The notes: generated by a model not told the origin, from the letters alone. Shown: positions 12,316 to 27,405, numbered from the stretch's first letter. The stretch: 64,000 bases of DNA from Eledone cirrhosa (GCA_964016885.1 OZ024740.1:309566001-309630000), one strand, 5' to 3'. Numbers and translations: made by a program.

Positions 12316-13727
12316 GTAAAGTGTATGTTTTTAGGTGGGTAACACTCAATGTTTTAAAGTTTTATATCACATCTTGTGATAATTATTATCTTTATTATAT
12401 TTTCATACCTATCACTTGTTCTACCTATCAGTCTATTTTACAATGGCCTTACTCCCCATATGTATAGTAAATCAAATATAAATATATGTTATATCAGCTT
12501 TCTACTCAATACAGCTTCAGATATCTTAGTTGGTCTGTAATAAACAGACAACCAAACTGAATATGTGTCGAGGACACACATACACACACATTTATAGTAA
12601 GAGAGAGAGACAGACTGAAATAAAAGCCGGTTCATCCAAATTGCTGCTGAAAATATTACCTCTCGCCTTATACGCTTATATATGAATACATATTTCTACA
12701 CTTAGGTTTATATGCAACGATGGTTGCCGAACACTGTACGGCTAGTAATTCGGGCTGTTTGTTTACAACAAACCGAACATTATAATAAATGTTCGGTAAA
12801 CCCATACGTACATATATATATGTGTGCATGTATGTATGTATGTATATACACACTACTGTACGTCTGTATATATATATGTACGTAAGTATACATACTAATA
12901 ATAATATTGATATTCTGATTTAGGCACAAGGCCAACAATTTTGGGTGAGGGGAAAGTAGATTAAATCAACCCCAGTGTATTACTGCTACTTTATTATATC
13001 GACCATGTAACGATGAAAGGCAAAGCTAACCTAGGCGGGATTTCAATTCAGAAAGTAAAGAACCGTAACTCTATGGCGTAAAGCATATTGTCCGACGCTT
13101 TACTGTTCTGCCAATACACCGCCATTATAAGAAGAAGAAGAAGAAGAAGAACGATATCCGGATTCTCCAGGTGGGTAACACTCAATGTTTTAAAGTTTTA
13201 TATCATATCTTTACTTTGAATAAATAATGAAATAGATATTACATAATTCATCTACTAAATTTCGTAACACATGTTTAAACATATATTAAAAATATTATTC
13301 AAGATTCACAAAAGGCAGAGGATTGGCAGTATCGGTTGAGGGTCTGACGCCATGCTTTGCAGCAAAGAGTTACGGCCCTTTACGGTCTGAGTTCAAATCC
13401 CGCTGAGGTTAACTTTGCCTTTCATCCTTACGGGCTCGATAAAATAAAGTACCAGTAATGCACTGAGTAATTTCTGGCCTTGTGCCAAAAGTATAAACAA
13501 TTATTCAAGATTCACCTCTTTTAAAAGATTCAAATTCCAATACTTCCGGTATACCTATACTATATATATATAGAGAGAGAGAGTGAAAGAGAAAGATGAA
13601 GCGATTTGGAATTTTTTCAACACGCTGATGTGTGTGCGTGTATGTTGTTGTTCTTTGATTTTATAAAATTGCTAGAGCGAGAAAGAGAGATTGTATGTGT
13701 GGGTATATAAAGAGAGGAGTGGCTGTG

Positions 13728-13764
<37 letters not shown>

Positions 13765-14029
13765 CATGAGAAGAAAGAATACTGCGTGGTTTGCACATGG
13801 GTTACATATGATAAAAATAGTCCTTCGTCAGTGATTTTCCAACCATCATTTGTATTCCATCGCAATTTTTAATGTAAAAGGTATTTTAATTTAAGGTAAA
13901 AGACTAATTGTCAACAATATCTTTTGCATTTGCATTTATATTCTATATCCATACCTGCATTGTTTTGGCTTTACAAATACAAACGTTTATACCTCATTGC
14001 ACAATGCTTCAAGTGAACTATAACTTCCT

Positions 14030-14083
<54 letters not shown>

Positions 14084-14179
14084 TTATTTATTTTTTTTTT
14101 GTTTTGACATATATTTATTTCCAAGATTTCACCGTAGAGATAACATATCAGAAAGTGAATATGGGATACATGACAGAAA

Positions 14180-15580
14180 GTGAATATGGGACGCAGAAAA
14201 CATTTCTCACTTAAATCCCAACGCATGGCAACAGACGCACAACGACAAAGAGAGATGAGGGTAAATCAATCAAACAATAATCGCTCTACAACATCCCAAC
14301 AAATTTCTACAAATGTAATTCAGTTAACACACCAACAACAACTTGCAACAGATACACCAAACGTTCAGAGAGGAAGGAACAGGTCAATTGAAGGTCTGGC
14401 AAAGAATCCTACAGATGAACCTTTCCAAGAGCAAACTGTTCTTTCCATAATGCCACAACATAATGCAGGGAATCTCTTTGCCTCTGTTTGTCCGCACTGC
14501 AAAGCTTATCGCTGGCCACATGAACCCAAATCTCTGTGCTGCATCCAGGGAAAAGTGAAACTCCCTCAACTTCCACCAAATATACTGAAATATTTCGATA
14601 TCACTCAAGAAGGAAATTCTTTTCTCCATAAGATACGTGCATATTATAACAATGTGCTTGCCTTAGCTTCAATTGGTTGCAAAGAGATTAAAGCACCAGG
14701 ATTTAGTCCCCCATTTAAGATCCAAGGTAAGATTTGTCATATTATTGGATCACTACTTCCAAGTGATGCTTCACCCAAGTTTGCCCAGCTTTACTTCTAT
14801 GATACAGATCATGAGCTTCAGAATCGCCTGTATCATGTTAATTAAGATGCTGCTGTCCTGCAGGACCTGCAAGAAGACTTGCACTACTACAACACCTATA
14901 TAAGAAGCTTCAAGACAGTCATTGCAATGCCAGTGTCTGAAAATGTGAATATTGTCCTACATGCTGACAAAGTAAAACCCACTGAATTTCATTGTCGCAC
15001 ATATAATCTTCCCATGGCATCTGGGATTGCTGTTATTCAACTTGAGACAGCATTAGGTCTATTGGATGTTATCATTCATAATAGAGATGGTGGTCTTCAG
15101 AGGATTCATCAGTTGCACCGTCCTTATGATCCTCTGCATTATGTGCTACTGTTTTCTTGGGGGAATGATGGGTTTCAGGTTCGTTTGTAAAGGATTGACA
15201 ACAACCACACACTCACACCCACTGATTTCTACTGTTATCAGTTTCAGGTTAGGCAAGATGACTGTAACATTATCACGAAGAGCAGGCGGCTGATGCAGCA
15301 ATATGCTGTAGATGCCCAGGCAAAAATAGAACATTGTCGCCTCAAATGGGCCCGCAACAATCAAACCATGATACGAGCTGAAAAGTATGAGGGTTTGTAT
15401 GATGCTGTGGCTGAAGGAGATTCAGTAAATGCAGGCTGGGGAATTGTTCTTCCTCCTTCAATCTATGCTTCACCTCGCTTCTACAGTGAATGCTTTCAGA
15501 ATTCGATGACTGTGGTTCGACAAATGGGAAAGCCATCTTATTTCATCACGGTAACAACTAACCCTAACTGGGATGAAATA
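14180..15580 (+). mobile_element. Truncated Helitron RepHel N-terminus (unit 1)
   Basis: CPHC..CC..GKVKLP, FKIQGKICHIIGSLLP, FAQLYFYD, YDPLHYVLLF, QQYAVD, LPPS..SPR, KPSYFITVTTNPNWDEI (Rep motif 1); stops at 14843 and 15188. Confidence 0.9.
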
Positions 15581-15653
15581 AAAAATAATAATACTATAAT
15601 GAATGAGAGGAAAAGAGAGTTATCACAAAGAAACCATTGAAAAAAAGACGCAA

Positions 15654-15726
15654 AGGTAATTATCTCAGATGGTAGGACGCTCGCTTAGCATGTGAGAGGT
15701 ACTGGGATCGATACCCGGTTTCTTCA
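15654..15726 (+). pseudogene. tRNA-Ala pseudogene (array position C)
   Basis: AGGTAATTATCTCAGATGGTAGGACGCTCGCTTAGCATGTGAG..TTCTTCA; broken acceptor and D stems. Confidence 0.8.
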
Positions 15727-16082
15727 ACAAAGGAAATAACTTTAGGTGGGTAACACTCAATGTTTTAAACTTTTATATCATATCTTATTATCTTTATTAT
15801 ATTTTCATACCTATCGTTTGTTTTATTTATCGGTCCCTTTTATAACGGCCTTACTCCATATGTATAGTAAATCAAATATAAATATCTGTATTGAGCAGAA
15901 GGTTGACATAACAGATATTTATATTTGATTTACTATACATGCTGGGTTAGGCCGTTATTAGATATACTGATAAGTAGAACTAGTGATAGGTATGAAAATA
16001 TAATAAAGATGATAATTATCACAAGATATGATATAAAAGTTTAAAACATTGAGTGTTACCCACCTAAAAACATGTCCTTTAC

Positions 16083-16155
16083 TGGAGAATCCGGGCGTCG
16101 ATCCCGGTACCTCTCACATGCTAAGCGAGCACTCTACCATCTGAGCTAATTCCCC
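16083..16155 (-). tRNA. trnA-AGC: tRNA-Ala(AGC) (array position A)
   Basis: Full cloverleaf, G10:U25 wobble, T5 terminator. Confidence 0.85.
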
Positions 16156-16274
16156 TTTCTTGTTATTTGGAATGGTAATTTTGTGATAAAATCTTTTCCT
16201 CTCATTCATTATTGCATTTTCCATATTATTGCTGCTGCTGCTGCTGCTGCTCCTGCTGCTGCTGTTGCTGTTGC

Positions 16275-16320
<46 letters not shown>

Positions 16321-16641
16321 CTTCTTCTTCTTCTTCTTCTTCTTCTTCTTCTTCTTCTTCTTCTTCTTCTTCTTCTTCTTCTTCTTCTTCTTCTTCTTCT
16401 TCTTCTTCTTCTTGTGGCAGTATGGTATAACGTCGGACAATATACTTTACGACATAGAGTTACGGCCCTTTTCCTTCTACATTGAAAACCCGCCGAGGTT
16501 AGCTTTGCCTTTCATCGTTACGTGGTTGATATAATATAGTAGCAGTAATACACTGGGGTTAATTTAATCGACTTTCCCCTCACCCAAAATTGCTGGCCTT
16601 GTGCCTAAATGATAAAAATAATAATATTATTATTTTCTGCT

Positions 16642-16751
<110 letters not shown>

Positions 16752-17010
16752 TGTGTGTATATGTATCTGTATGTTTGCATAAAAACCTAAGTGTAGAAAT
16801 ATGTATGCAAATATAAGCGTCTAAGTCGAGAAGCAAAATGTTCAGCAGCAATTTAGATGAGCCGGCTTTTATCTCACTCTGTCCCTCTCTCACTGTATGT
16901 GTATGTATGTCCTCAGCCACATATTAAGTCAACAACTAGATATATTTAAAAATAAAGGAATGACAGGAAAATGAATTTATAGTAAAGAAACCGTTACCAA
17001 TAAGAAGCAG

Positions 17011-17083
17011 AGGGAATTAGCTCAGATGGTAGTGCGCTCGGTTAGCATGCGAGAAGTAACGGGATCGTTGCCCGGATTCTCCA
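17011..17083 (+). tRNA. tRNA-Ala(AGC) variant, probable pseudogene (position B)
   Basis: A1, GTGC in D stem, CTCGG anticodon stem mismatch. Confidence 0.7.
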
Positions 17084-18496
17084 GTAAAGGGTATGTTTTT
17101 AGGTGGGTAACACTCAATGTTTTAAAGTTTTATATCACATCTTGTGATAATTATTATCTTTATTATATTTTCATACCTATCACTTGTTCTACCTCTCAGT
17201 CCATTTTACAATGGCCTTACCCCCATATGTATAGTAAATCAAATATAAATATATGTTATATCAGCTTTCTACTCAATACAGCTTCAGATATCTTAGTTGG
17301 TCTGTAATAAACAGACAACCAAACTGAATATGTGTCGAGGACACACATACACACACATTTATAGTAAGAGAGAGAGACAGACTGAAATAAAAGCCGGTTC
17401 ATCTAAATTGCTGCTGAAAATATTACCTCTCGCCTTATACGCTTATATATGAATACATATTTCTACACTTAGGTTTATATGCAACGATGGTTGCCGAACA
17501 CTGTACGGCTAATAATTCGGGCTGTTTATTTACAACAAACCGAACATTATAATAAATATTCGGTAAACCCGTACGTACATATATATGTGTATGCATGTAT
17601 GTATGTATGTATATACACACTACTGTACGTCTGTATATATATATATGTACGTAATTATACATACTAATAATAATATTGATATTCTGATTTAGGCACAAGG
17701 CCAACAATTTTGGGTGAGGGGAAAGTAGATTAAATCAACCCCAGTGTATTACTGCTACTTTATTATATCGACCATGTAACGATGAAAGGCAAAGCTAACC
17801 TAGGCGGGATTTCAATTAAGAAAGTAAAGAACCGTAACTCTATGGCGTAAAGCATATTGTCCGACGCTTTTCTGTTCTGCCAATACACCGCCATTATAAG
17901 AAGAAGAAGAAGAAGAAGATCGATATCCGGATTCTCCAGGTGGGTAACACTCAATGTTTTAAAGTTTTATATCATATCTTTACTTTGAATAAATAATGAA
18001 ATAGATATTACATAATTCATCTACTAAATTTCGTAACACATGTTTAAACATATATTAAAAATATTATTCAAGATTCACAAAAGGCAGAGGATTGGCAGTA
18101 TCGGTTGAGGGTCTGACGCCATGCTTTGCAGCAAAGAGTTAAGGCCCTTTACGGTCTGAGTTCAAATCCCGCTGAGGTTAACTTTGCCTTTCATCCTTAC
18201 GGGGTCGATAAAATAAAGTACCAGTAATGCACTGGGTAATTTCTGGCCTTGTGCCAAAAGTATAAACAATTATTCAAGATTCACCTCTTTTAAAAGATTC
18301 AAATTCCAATACTTCCGGTATACTATATATATATATATAGAGAGAGAGAGAGTGAAAGAGAAAGATGAAGCGATTTGGATTCTTTTCAACACGCTGATGT
18401 GTGTGCGTGTATGTTGTTATTCTTTGATTTTATAAAATTGCTAGAGCGAGAAAGAGAGATTGTATGTGTGGGTATATAAAGAGAGGAGTGGCTGTG

Positions 18497-18567
<71 letters not shown>

Positions 18568-18834
18568 CATGAGAAGAAAGAAGAATACTGCGTGGTTTGC
18601 ACATGGGTTACATATGATAAAAATAGTCCTTCGTCAGTGATTTTCCAACCATCATTTGTATTTCATCGCATTTTTAATGTAAAAGGTATTTTAATTTAAG
18701 GTAAAAGACTAATTGTCAACAATATCTTTTGCATTTGCATTTATATTCTATATCCATACCTGCATTGTTTTGGCTTTACAAATACAAACGTTTATACCTC
18801 ATTGCACAATGCTTCAAGTGAACTATAACTTCCC

Positions 18835-18884
<50 letters not shown>

Positions 18885-18982
18885 TTATTTTTATTTTTTT
18901 GTTGTTTTAACATATATTTATTTCCAAGATTTCACCGTAGAGATAACATATCAGAAAGTGAATATGGGATACATGACAGAAA

Positions 18983-20375
18983 GTGAATATGGGACGCAGA
19001 AAACATTTCTCACTTAAATCCCAACGCATGGCAACAGACGCACAACGACAAAGAGAGATGAGGGCAAATCAATCAAACGATAATCGCTCTACAACATCCC
19101 AACAAATTTCTACAAATGTAATTCAGTTAACACACCAACAACAACTTGCAACAAATACACCAAACGTTCAGAGAGGAAGGAACAGGTCAATTGAAGGTCT
19201 GGCAAAGAATCCTACAGATGAACCTTTCCAAGAGCAAACTGTTCTTTCCATAATGCCACAACATAATGCAGGGAATCTCTTTGCCTCTGTTTGTCCGCAC
19301 TGCAAAGCTTATCGCTGGCCACATGAACCCAAATCTCTGTGCTGCAAAAGTGAAACTCCCTCAACTTCCACCAAATATACTGAAATATTTCGATATCACT
19401 CAAGAAGGAAATTCTTTTCTCCATATGATACGTGCATATTATAACAATGTGCTTGCCTTAGCTTCAATTGGTTGCAAAGAGATTAAAGCACCAGGATTTA
19501 GTCCCCCATTTAAGATCCAAGGTAAGATTTGTCATATTATTGGATCACTACTTCCAAGTGATGCTTCACCCAAGTTTTCCCAGCTTTACTTCTATGATAC
19601 AGATCATGAGCTTCAGAATCGCCTGTATCATGTTAATTAAGATGCTGCTGTCCTGCAGGACCTGCAAGAAGACTTGCACTACTGCAACACCTATATAAGA
19701 AGCTTCAAGACAGTCATTGAAATGCCAGTCTCTGAAAATGTGAATATTGTCCTACATGCTGACAAAGTAAAACCCACTGAATTTCATTGTCGCACATATA
19801 ATCTTCCCATGGCATCTGAGATTGCTGTTATTAAACCTGTTACAGCATTAGGTCTTTTGGATGTCATCATTTATAAAAGAGATGGTGGTCTTCAGAGGAT
19901 TCATCAGTTGCACCGTTCTTATGATCCTCTGCATTATGTGCTACTGTTTTCTTGGGGGAATGATGGGTTTCAGGTTCGTTTGTAAAGGATTGACAACAAC
20001 CACACACTCACACCCACTGATTTCTACTGTTATCAGTTTCAGGTTAGGCAAGATGACTGTAACATTATCACGAAGAGCAGGCGGCTGATGCAGCAATATG
20101 CTGTAGATGCTCAGGAAAAAATAGAACATTGTCGCCTCAAATGGGCCCGCAACAATCAAACCATGATACGAGCTGAAAAGTATGAGGGTTTGTATGATGC
20201 TGTGGCTGAAGGAGATTCAGTAAATGCAGGCTGGGGAATTGTTCTTCCTCCTTCAATCTATGCTTCACCTCGCTTCTACAGTGAATGCTTTCAGAATTCG
20301 ATGACTGTGGTTCGACAAATGGGAAAGCCATCTTATTTCATCACGGTAACAACTAACCCTAACTGGGATGAAATA
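18983..20375 (+). mobile_element. Truncated Helitron RepHel N-terminus (unit 2)
   Basis: As unit 1, plus an 8-bp deletion frameshift after KSLCC. Confidence 0.9.
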
Positions 20376-20448
20376 AAAAATAATAATACTATAATGAATG
20401 AGAGGAAAAGAGAGTTATCACAAAGAAACCATTGAAAAAAAGACGCAA

Positions 20449-20521
20449 AGGTAATTATCTCAGATGGTAGGACGCTCGCTTAGCATGTGAGAGGTACTGG
20501 GATCGATACCCGGATTCTTCA
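20449..20521 (+). pseudogene. tRNA-Ala pseudogene (position C)
   Basis: Same broken stems as 15654. Confidence 0.8.
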
Positions 20522-20877
20522 ACAAAGGAAATAACTTTAGGTGGGTAACACACAATGTTTTAAACTTTTATATCATATCTTATTATCTTTATTATATTTT
20601 CATACCTATCGTTTGTTTTATTTATCGGTCCCTTTTATAACGGCCTTACTCCATATGTATAGTAAATCAAATATAAATATCTGTATTGAGCAGAAGGTTG
20701 ACATAACAGACATTTATATTTGATTTACTACACATGCTGGGTTAGGCCGTTATTAGATATACTGATAAGTAGAACTAGTGATAGGTATGGAAATATAATA
20801 AAGATGATAATTATCACAAGATATGATATAAAAGTTTAAAACATTGAGTGTTACCCACCTAAAAACATGTCCTTTAC

Positions 20878-20950
20878 TGGAGAATCCGGGCGTCGATCCC
20901 GGTACCTCTCACATGCTAAGCGAGCGCTCTACCATCTGAGCTAATTCCCC
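20878..20950 (-). tRNA. trnA-AGC: tRNA-Ala(AGC), intact (position A)
   Basis: GGGGAATTAGCTCAGATGGTAGAGCGCTCGCTTAGCATGTGAGAGGTACCGGGATCGACGCCCGGATTCTCCA, T5 terminator. Confidence 0.92.
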
Positions 20951-21093
20951 TTGCTTATTATTTGGAATGGTAATTTTGTCATAAAATCTTTTCCTCTCAT
21001 TCATTATTGCATTTTCCATATTATTGCTGCTATTGCTGCTGCTGCTGTTGCTGTTGTTGCTGTTGCTGTTGTTGTTATTGTTGTTGCCGCTGC

Positions 21094-21134
<41 letters not shown>

Positions 21135-21469
21135 TTCTTCTTCTTCTTCTTCTTCTTCTTCTTCTTCTTCTTCTTCTTCTTCTTCTTCTTCTTCTTCTTC
21201 TTCTTCTTCTTCTTCTTCTTCTTCTTCTTCTTCTTCTTCTTGTGGCAGTATGGTATAACGTCGGACAATATACTTTACGACATAGAGTTACGGCCCTTTC
21301 CCTTCTACATTGAAAACCCGCCGAGGTTAGCTTTGCCTTTCATCGTTAGGTGGTTGATATAATATAGTAGCAGTAATGCACTGGGGTTGATTTAATCGAC
21401 TTTCCCCTCACCCAAAATTGCTGGCCTTGTGCCTAAATGATAAAAATAATAATATTATTATTTTCTGCT

Positions 21470-21542
<73 letters not shown>

Positions 21543-21797
21543 GTGTGTATATGTATCTGTATGTTTGCATAAAAACCTAAGTGTAGAAATATGTATGCAA
21601 ATATAAGCGTATAAGGCGAGAAGCAAAACTTTCAGCAACAATTTAGATGAGCCGGCTTATATCTCACTCTGTCCCCCTCTCACTGTATGTGTATGTCCTC
21701 AGCCACATATTAAGTCAACAACTAGATAGATTTAAAAATAAAGGAATGACAGGAAAATGATTTTATATTAAAGAAACCATTACCAATAACAAGCAGC

Positions 21798-21870
21798 GGG
21801 GAATTAGCTCAGATGGTAGAGCGCTCGGTTAGCATGCGAAAGGTAGCGGGTTCGTTGCCCGGATTCTCCA
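21798..21870 (+). tRNA. tRNA-Ala(AGC) variant (position B)
   Basis: Intact acceptor and D stems; anticodon stem mismatches; T-loop TTCGTTG. Confidence 0.7.
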
Positions 21871-23291
21871 GTAAAGTGTATGTTTTTAGGTGGGTAACAC
21901 TCAATGTTTTAAAGTTTTATATCACATCTTGTGATAATTATTATCTTTATTATATTTTCATACCTATCACTTGTTCTACCTATCAGTCTATTTTACAATG
22001 GCCTTACCCCCATATGTATAGTAAATCAAATATAAATATATGTTATATCAGCTTTCTACTCAATACAGCTTCAGATATCTTAGTTGGTCTGTAATAAACA
22101 GACAACCAAACTGAATATGTGTCGAGGACACACATACACACACATTTATAGTAAGAGAGAGAGACAGACTGAAATAAAAGCCGGTTCATCTAAATTGCTG
22201 CTGAAAATATTACCCCTCGCCTTATACGCTTATATATGAATACATATTTCTACACTTAGGTTTTTATGCAACGATGGTTGCCGAACACTGTACGGCTAAT
22301 AACTCGGGCTGTTCGTTTACAACAAACCGAACATTATAATAAATGTTGGGTAAACCCATACGTACATATATATATGTGTGCATGTATGTATGTATATACA
22401 CACTACTGTACGTCTGTATATATATATGTACGTAAGTATACATACTAATAATAATATTGATATTCTGATTTAGGCACAAGGCCAACAATTTTGGGTGAGG
22501 GGAAAGTAGATTAAATCAACCCCAGTGTATTACTGCTACTTTATTATATCGACCATGTAACGATGAAAGGCAAAGCTAACCTAGGCGGGATTTCAATTCA
22601 GAAAGTAAAGAACCGTAACTCTATGGCGTAAAGCATATTGTCCGACGCTTTTCTGTTCCGCCAATACACCGCCATTATAAGAAGAAGAAGAAGAAGATCG
22701 ATATCCGGATTCTCCAGGTGGGTAACACTCAATGTTTTAAAGTTTTATATCATATCTTTACTTTGAATAAATAATGAAATAGATATTACATAATTCATCT
22801 ACTAAATTTCGTAACACATGTTTAGACATATATTAAAAATATTATTCAAGATTCACAAAAGGCAGAGGATTGGCAGTATCGGTTGAGGGTCTGACGCCAT
22901 GCTTTGCAGCAAAGAGTTATGGCCCTTTACGGTCTTACTTCAAATCCCGCTGAGGTTAACTTTGCCTTTCATCCTTACGGTGTCGATAAAATAAAGTACC
23001 AGTAATGCACTGGGTAATTTCTGGCCTTGTGCCAAAAGTATAAACAATTATTCAAGATTCACCTCTTTTAAAAGATTAAAATTCCAATACTTCCGGTATA
23101 CCTATACTATATATATATATATATAGAGAGAGAGAGTGAAAGAGAAAGATGAAGCGATTTGGAATTTTTTCAACACGCTGATGTGTGTGCGTGTATGTTG
23201 TTGTACTTTGATTTTATAAAATTGCTAGAGCGAGAAAGAGAGATTGTATGTGTGGGTATATAAAGAGAGGAGTGGCTGTGACATACATACA

Positions 23292-23355
<64 letters not shown>

Positions 23356-23622
23356 CATGAGAAGAAAGAAGAATACTGCGTGGTTTGCACATGGGTTACA
23401 TATGATAAAAATAGTCCTTCGTCAGTGATTTTCCAACCATCATTTGTATTTCATCGCATTTTTAATGTAAAAGGTATTTTAATTTAAGGTAAAAGACTAA
23501 TTGTCAACAATATCTTTTGCATTTGCATTTATATTCTATATCCATACCTGCATTGTTTTGGCTTTACAAATACAAACGTTTATACCTCATTGCACAATGC
23601 TTCAAGTGAACTATAACTTCCC

Positions 23623-23682
<60 letters not shown>

Positions 23683-23780
23683 TTATTTTTATTTTTTTGT
23701 TGTTTTAACATATATTTATTTCCAAGATTCCACCGTAGAGATAACATATCAGAAAGTGAATATGGGATACATGACAGAAA

Positions 23781-25173
23781 GTGAATATGGGACGCGGAAA
23801 ACAATTCTCACTTAAATCCCAACGCATGGCAACAGACGCACAACGACAAAGAGAGATGAGGGTAAATCAATCAAACGATAATCGCTCTACAACATCCCAA
23901 CAAATTTCTACAAATGTAATTCAGTTAACACACCAACAACAACTTGCAACAAATACACCAAACGTTCAGAGAGGAAGGAACAGGTCAATTGAAGGTCTGG
24001 CAAAGAATCCTACAGATGAACCTTTCCAAGAGCAAACTGTTCTTTCCATAATGCCACAACATAATGCAGGGAATCTCTTTGCCTCTGTTTGTCCGCACTG
24101 CAAAGCTTATCGCTGGCCACATGAACCCAAATCTCTGTGCTGCAAAAGTGAAACTCCCTCAACTTCCACCAAATATACTGAAATATTTCGATATCACTCA
24201 AGAAGGAAATTCTTTTCTCCATATGATACGTGCATATTATAACAATGTGCTTGCCTTAGCTTCAATTGGTTGCAAAGAGATTAAAGCACCAGGATTTAGT
24301 CCCCCATTTAAGATCCAAGGTAAGATTTGTCATATTATTGGATCACTACTTCCAAGTGATGCTTCACCCAAGTTTTCCCAGCTTTACTTCTATGATACAG
24401 ATCATGAGCTTCAGAATCGCCTGTATCATGTTAATTAAGATGCTGCTGTCCTGCAGGACCTGCAAGAAGACTTGCACTACTGCAACACCTATATAAGAAG
24501 CTTCAAGACAGTCATTGAAATGCTAGTCTCTGAAAATGTGAATATTGTCCTACATGCTGACAAAGTAAAACCCACTGAATTTCATTGTCGCACATATAAT
24601 CTTCCCATGGCATCTGAGATTGCTGTTATTAAACCTGTTACAGCATTAGGTCTTTTGGATGTCATCATTTATAAAAGAGATGGTGGTCTTCAGAGGATTC
24701 ATCAGTTGCACCGTTCTTATGATCCTCTGCATTATGTGCTACTGTTTTCTTGGGGGAATGATGGGTTTCAGGTTCGTTTGTAAAGGATTGACAACAACCA
24801 CACACTCACACCCACTGATTTCTACTGTTATCAGTTTCAGGTTAGGCAAGATGACTGTAACATTATCACGAAGAGCAGGCGGCTGATGCAGCAATATGCT
24901 GTAGATGCTCAGGAAAAAATAGAACATTGTCGCCTCAAATGGGCCCGCAACAATCAAACCATGATACGAGCTGAAAAGTATGAGGGTTTGTATGATGCTG
25001 TGGCTGAAGGAGATTCAGTAAATGCAGGCTGGGGAATTGTTCTTCCTCCTTCAATCTATGCTTCACCTCGCTTCTACAGTGAATGCTTTCAGAATTCGAT
25101 GACTGTGGTTCGACAAATGGGAAAGCCATCTTATTTCATCACGGTAACAACTAACCCTAACTGGGATGAAATA
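23781..25173 (+). mobile_element. Truncated Helitron RepHel N-terminus (unit 3)
   Basis: Nearly identical to unit 2, including the 8-bp deletion. Confidence 0.9.
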
Positions 25174-25246
25174 AAAAATAATAATACTATAATGAATGAG
25201 AGGAAAAGAGAGTTATCACAAAGAAACCATTGAAAAAAAGACGCAA

Positions 25247-25319
25247 AGGTAATTATCTCAGATGGTAGGACGCTCGCTTAGCATGTGAGAGGTACTGGGA
25301 TCGATACCCGGATTCTTCA
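25247..25319 (+). pseudogene. tRNA-Ala pseudogene (position C)
   Basis: Same as 20449. Confidence 0.8.
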
Positions 25320-25675
25320 ACAAAGGAAATAACTTTAGGTGGGTAACACACAATGTTTTAAACTTTTATATCATATCTTATTATCTTTATTATATTTTCA
25401 TACCTATCGTTTGTTTTATTTATCGGTCCCTTTTATAACGGCCTTACTCCATATGTATAGTAAATCAAATATAAATATCTGTATTGAGCAGAAGGTTGAC
25501 ATAACAGACATTTATATTTGATTTACTACACATGCTGGGTTAGGCCGTTATTAGATATACTGATAAGTAGAACTAGTGATAGGTATGGAAATATAATAAA
25601 GATGATAATTATCACAAGATATGATATAAAAGTTTAAAACATTGAGTGTTACCCACCTAAAAACATGTCCTTTAC

Positions 25676-25748
25676 TGGAGAATCCGGGCGTCGATCCCGG
25701 TACCTCTCACATGCTAAGCGAGCGCTCTACCATCTGAGCTAATTCCCC
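25676..25748 (-). tRNA. trnA-AGC: tRNA-Ala(AGC), intact (position A)
   Basis: Identical to the 20878 copy. Confidence 0.92.
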
Positions 25749-26228
25749 TTGCTTGTTATTTGGAATGGTAATTTTGTGATAAAATCTTTTCCTCTCATTC
25801 ATTATTGCATTTTCCATATTATTGCTGCTGCTCCTGTTGCTGCTGCTGTTGCTGTTGCTTTTGTTGTTGTTGTTGTTGTTTCCGCTGCTGCTGTTGTTGT
25901 TGTTGTTGTTGTTGTTGTTGTCGTCGTTGTTGTTGTTGTTGTTGTTGTTGTTGTTCTTCTTCTTCTTCTTCTTCTTCTTCTTCTTCTTCTTCTTCTTCTT
26001 GTGGCAGTATGGTATAACGTCGGACAATATACTTTACGACATAGAGTTACGGCCCTTTTCCTTCTACATTGAAAACCCGCCGAGGTTAGCTTTGCCTTTC
26101 ATCGTTACGTGCTTGATATAATATAGTAGCAGTAATACACTGGGGTTAATTTAATCGACTTTCCCCTCACCCAAAATTGCTGGCCTTGTGCCTAAATGAT
26201 AAAAATAATAATATTATTATTTTCTGCT

Positions 26229-26320
<92 letters not shown>

Positions 26321-26578
26321 TGTGTGTATATGTATCTGTATGTTTGCATAAAAACCTAAGTGTAGAAATATGTATGCAAATATAAGCGTATAAGTCGAGA
26401 AGCAAAATGTTCAGCAGCAATTTAGATGAGCCGGCTTTTATCTCACTCTGTCCCTCTCTCACTGTATGTGTATGTATGTCCTCAGCCACATATTAAGTCA
26501 ACAACTAGATATATTTAAAAATAAAGGAATGACAGGAAAATGAATTTATAGTAAAGAAACCATTACCAATAAGAAGCA

Positions 26579-27405
26579 TCACATGTCATTACCATACCAT
26601 ACCCTATCGAGACTAAAGTCATCGACCTGTTGTCAAACTCTCTACTCTCTGATGAATGTATATATATATATGTGTGTGTATGTATATGTGTGTATATACA
26701 TCACTCAGTCAAACAACCAGATTTCAACCCCAACATCTACAACAACAACAACACCGGCCCTAATGTTTACAGCAACAACAGCTTCAGAATGAACTGAAAT
26801 GAACATTTACAACAATTACAACAACAACAACAACAGCGGCATCAAAACATAAAAAAAGGAAGGGAAAAGAAAAAAGAAAAGGGAAGGGGAAAAAAAAAAA
26901 AAAAAGGAAAAAAAAAAAAAAAAAAACTCAAAATAACAAAACACACACACACACACACACAACAGAACAACAACATCAACTGCCACCACCACCACCACCA
27001 CCGCCACCGCCGTCGCCATCACCATCACCAGCGACCTGGCCTTAAGAACAACTTTAATAATAATTTTTCTGCTTTTGGCACGGATCCAGCGACTGGCCAG
27101 CGCATCACTGGTACTCTCTTTTGTTGACTCCGTGGAGAGCCATAACTCTATGCTGTAAAGCAATTATAGTAATACTGGACTGTAATACGATCGGCTTCAA
27201 CTATACAAACTCTTGAAAGTCAACAGTTGACATAATCTGGTAATCTTGTATCAGTAATGACGGTAATATATATATATATATGTGTGTGTGTGCGTGTAAG
27301 TGAGTAGAGTAGCGTGTGTGTGTGTTTGTTGTGTGTGTGAGTGTTGCTGTGTGCACGCATATGTATGCGTGTGTGTGTATGTCGTACGTATAAGTGTCAA
27401 TAAGT

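Noticed and set aside
13152-13169. GATATCCGGATTCTCCA after (GAA)n in each unit as a tRNA gene or primer-binding site
   Set aside because: Only a 3' remnant of the cassette tRNA, in sense orientation with its own flank; no LTR nearby
13775-13840. CTGACGA hammerhead-like core on the minus strand in each unit
   Set aside because: No GAAA box or convincing stems
14180-15640. Helitron ORFs as a functional or domesticated gene family
   Set aside because: Shared stops, unit-specific frameshifts, no HUH motifs 2 and 3 and no helicase; no splice pattern evident
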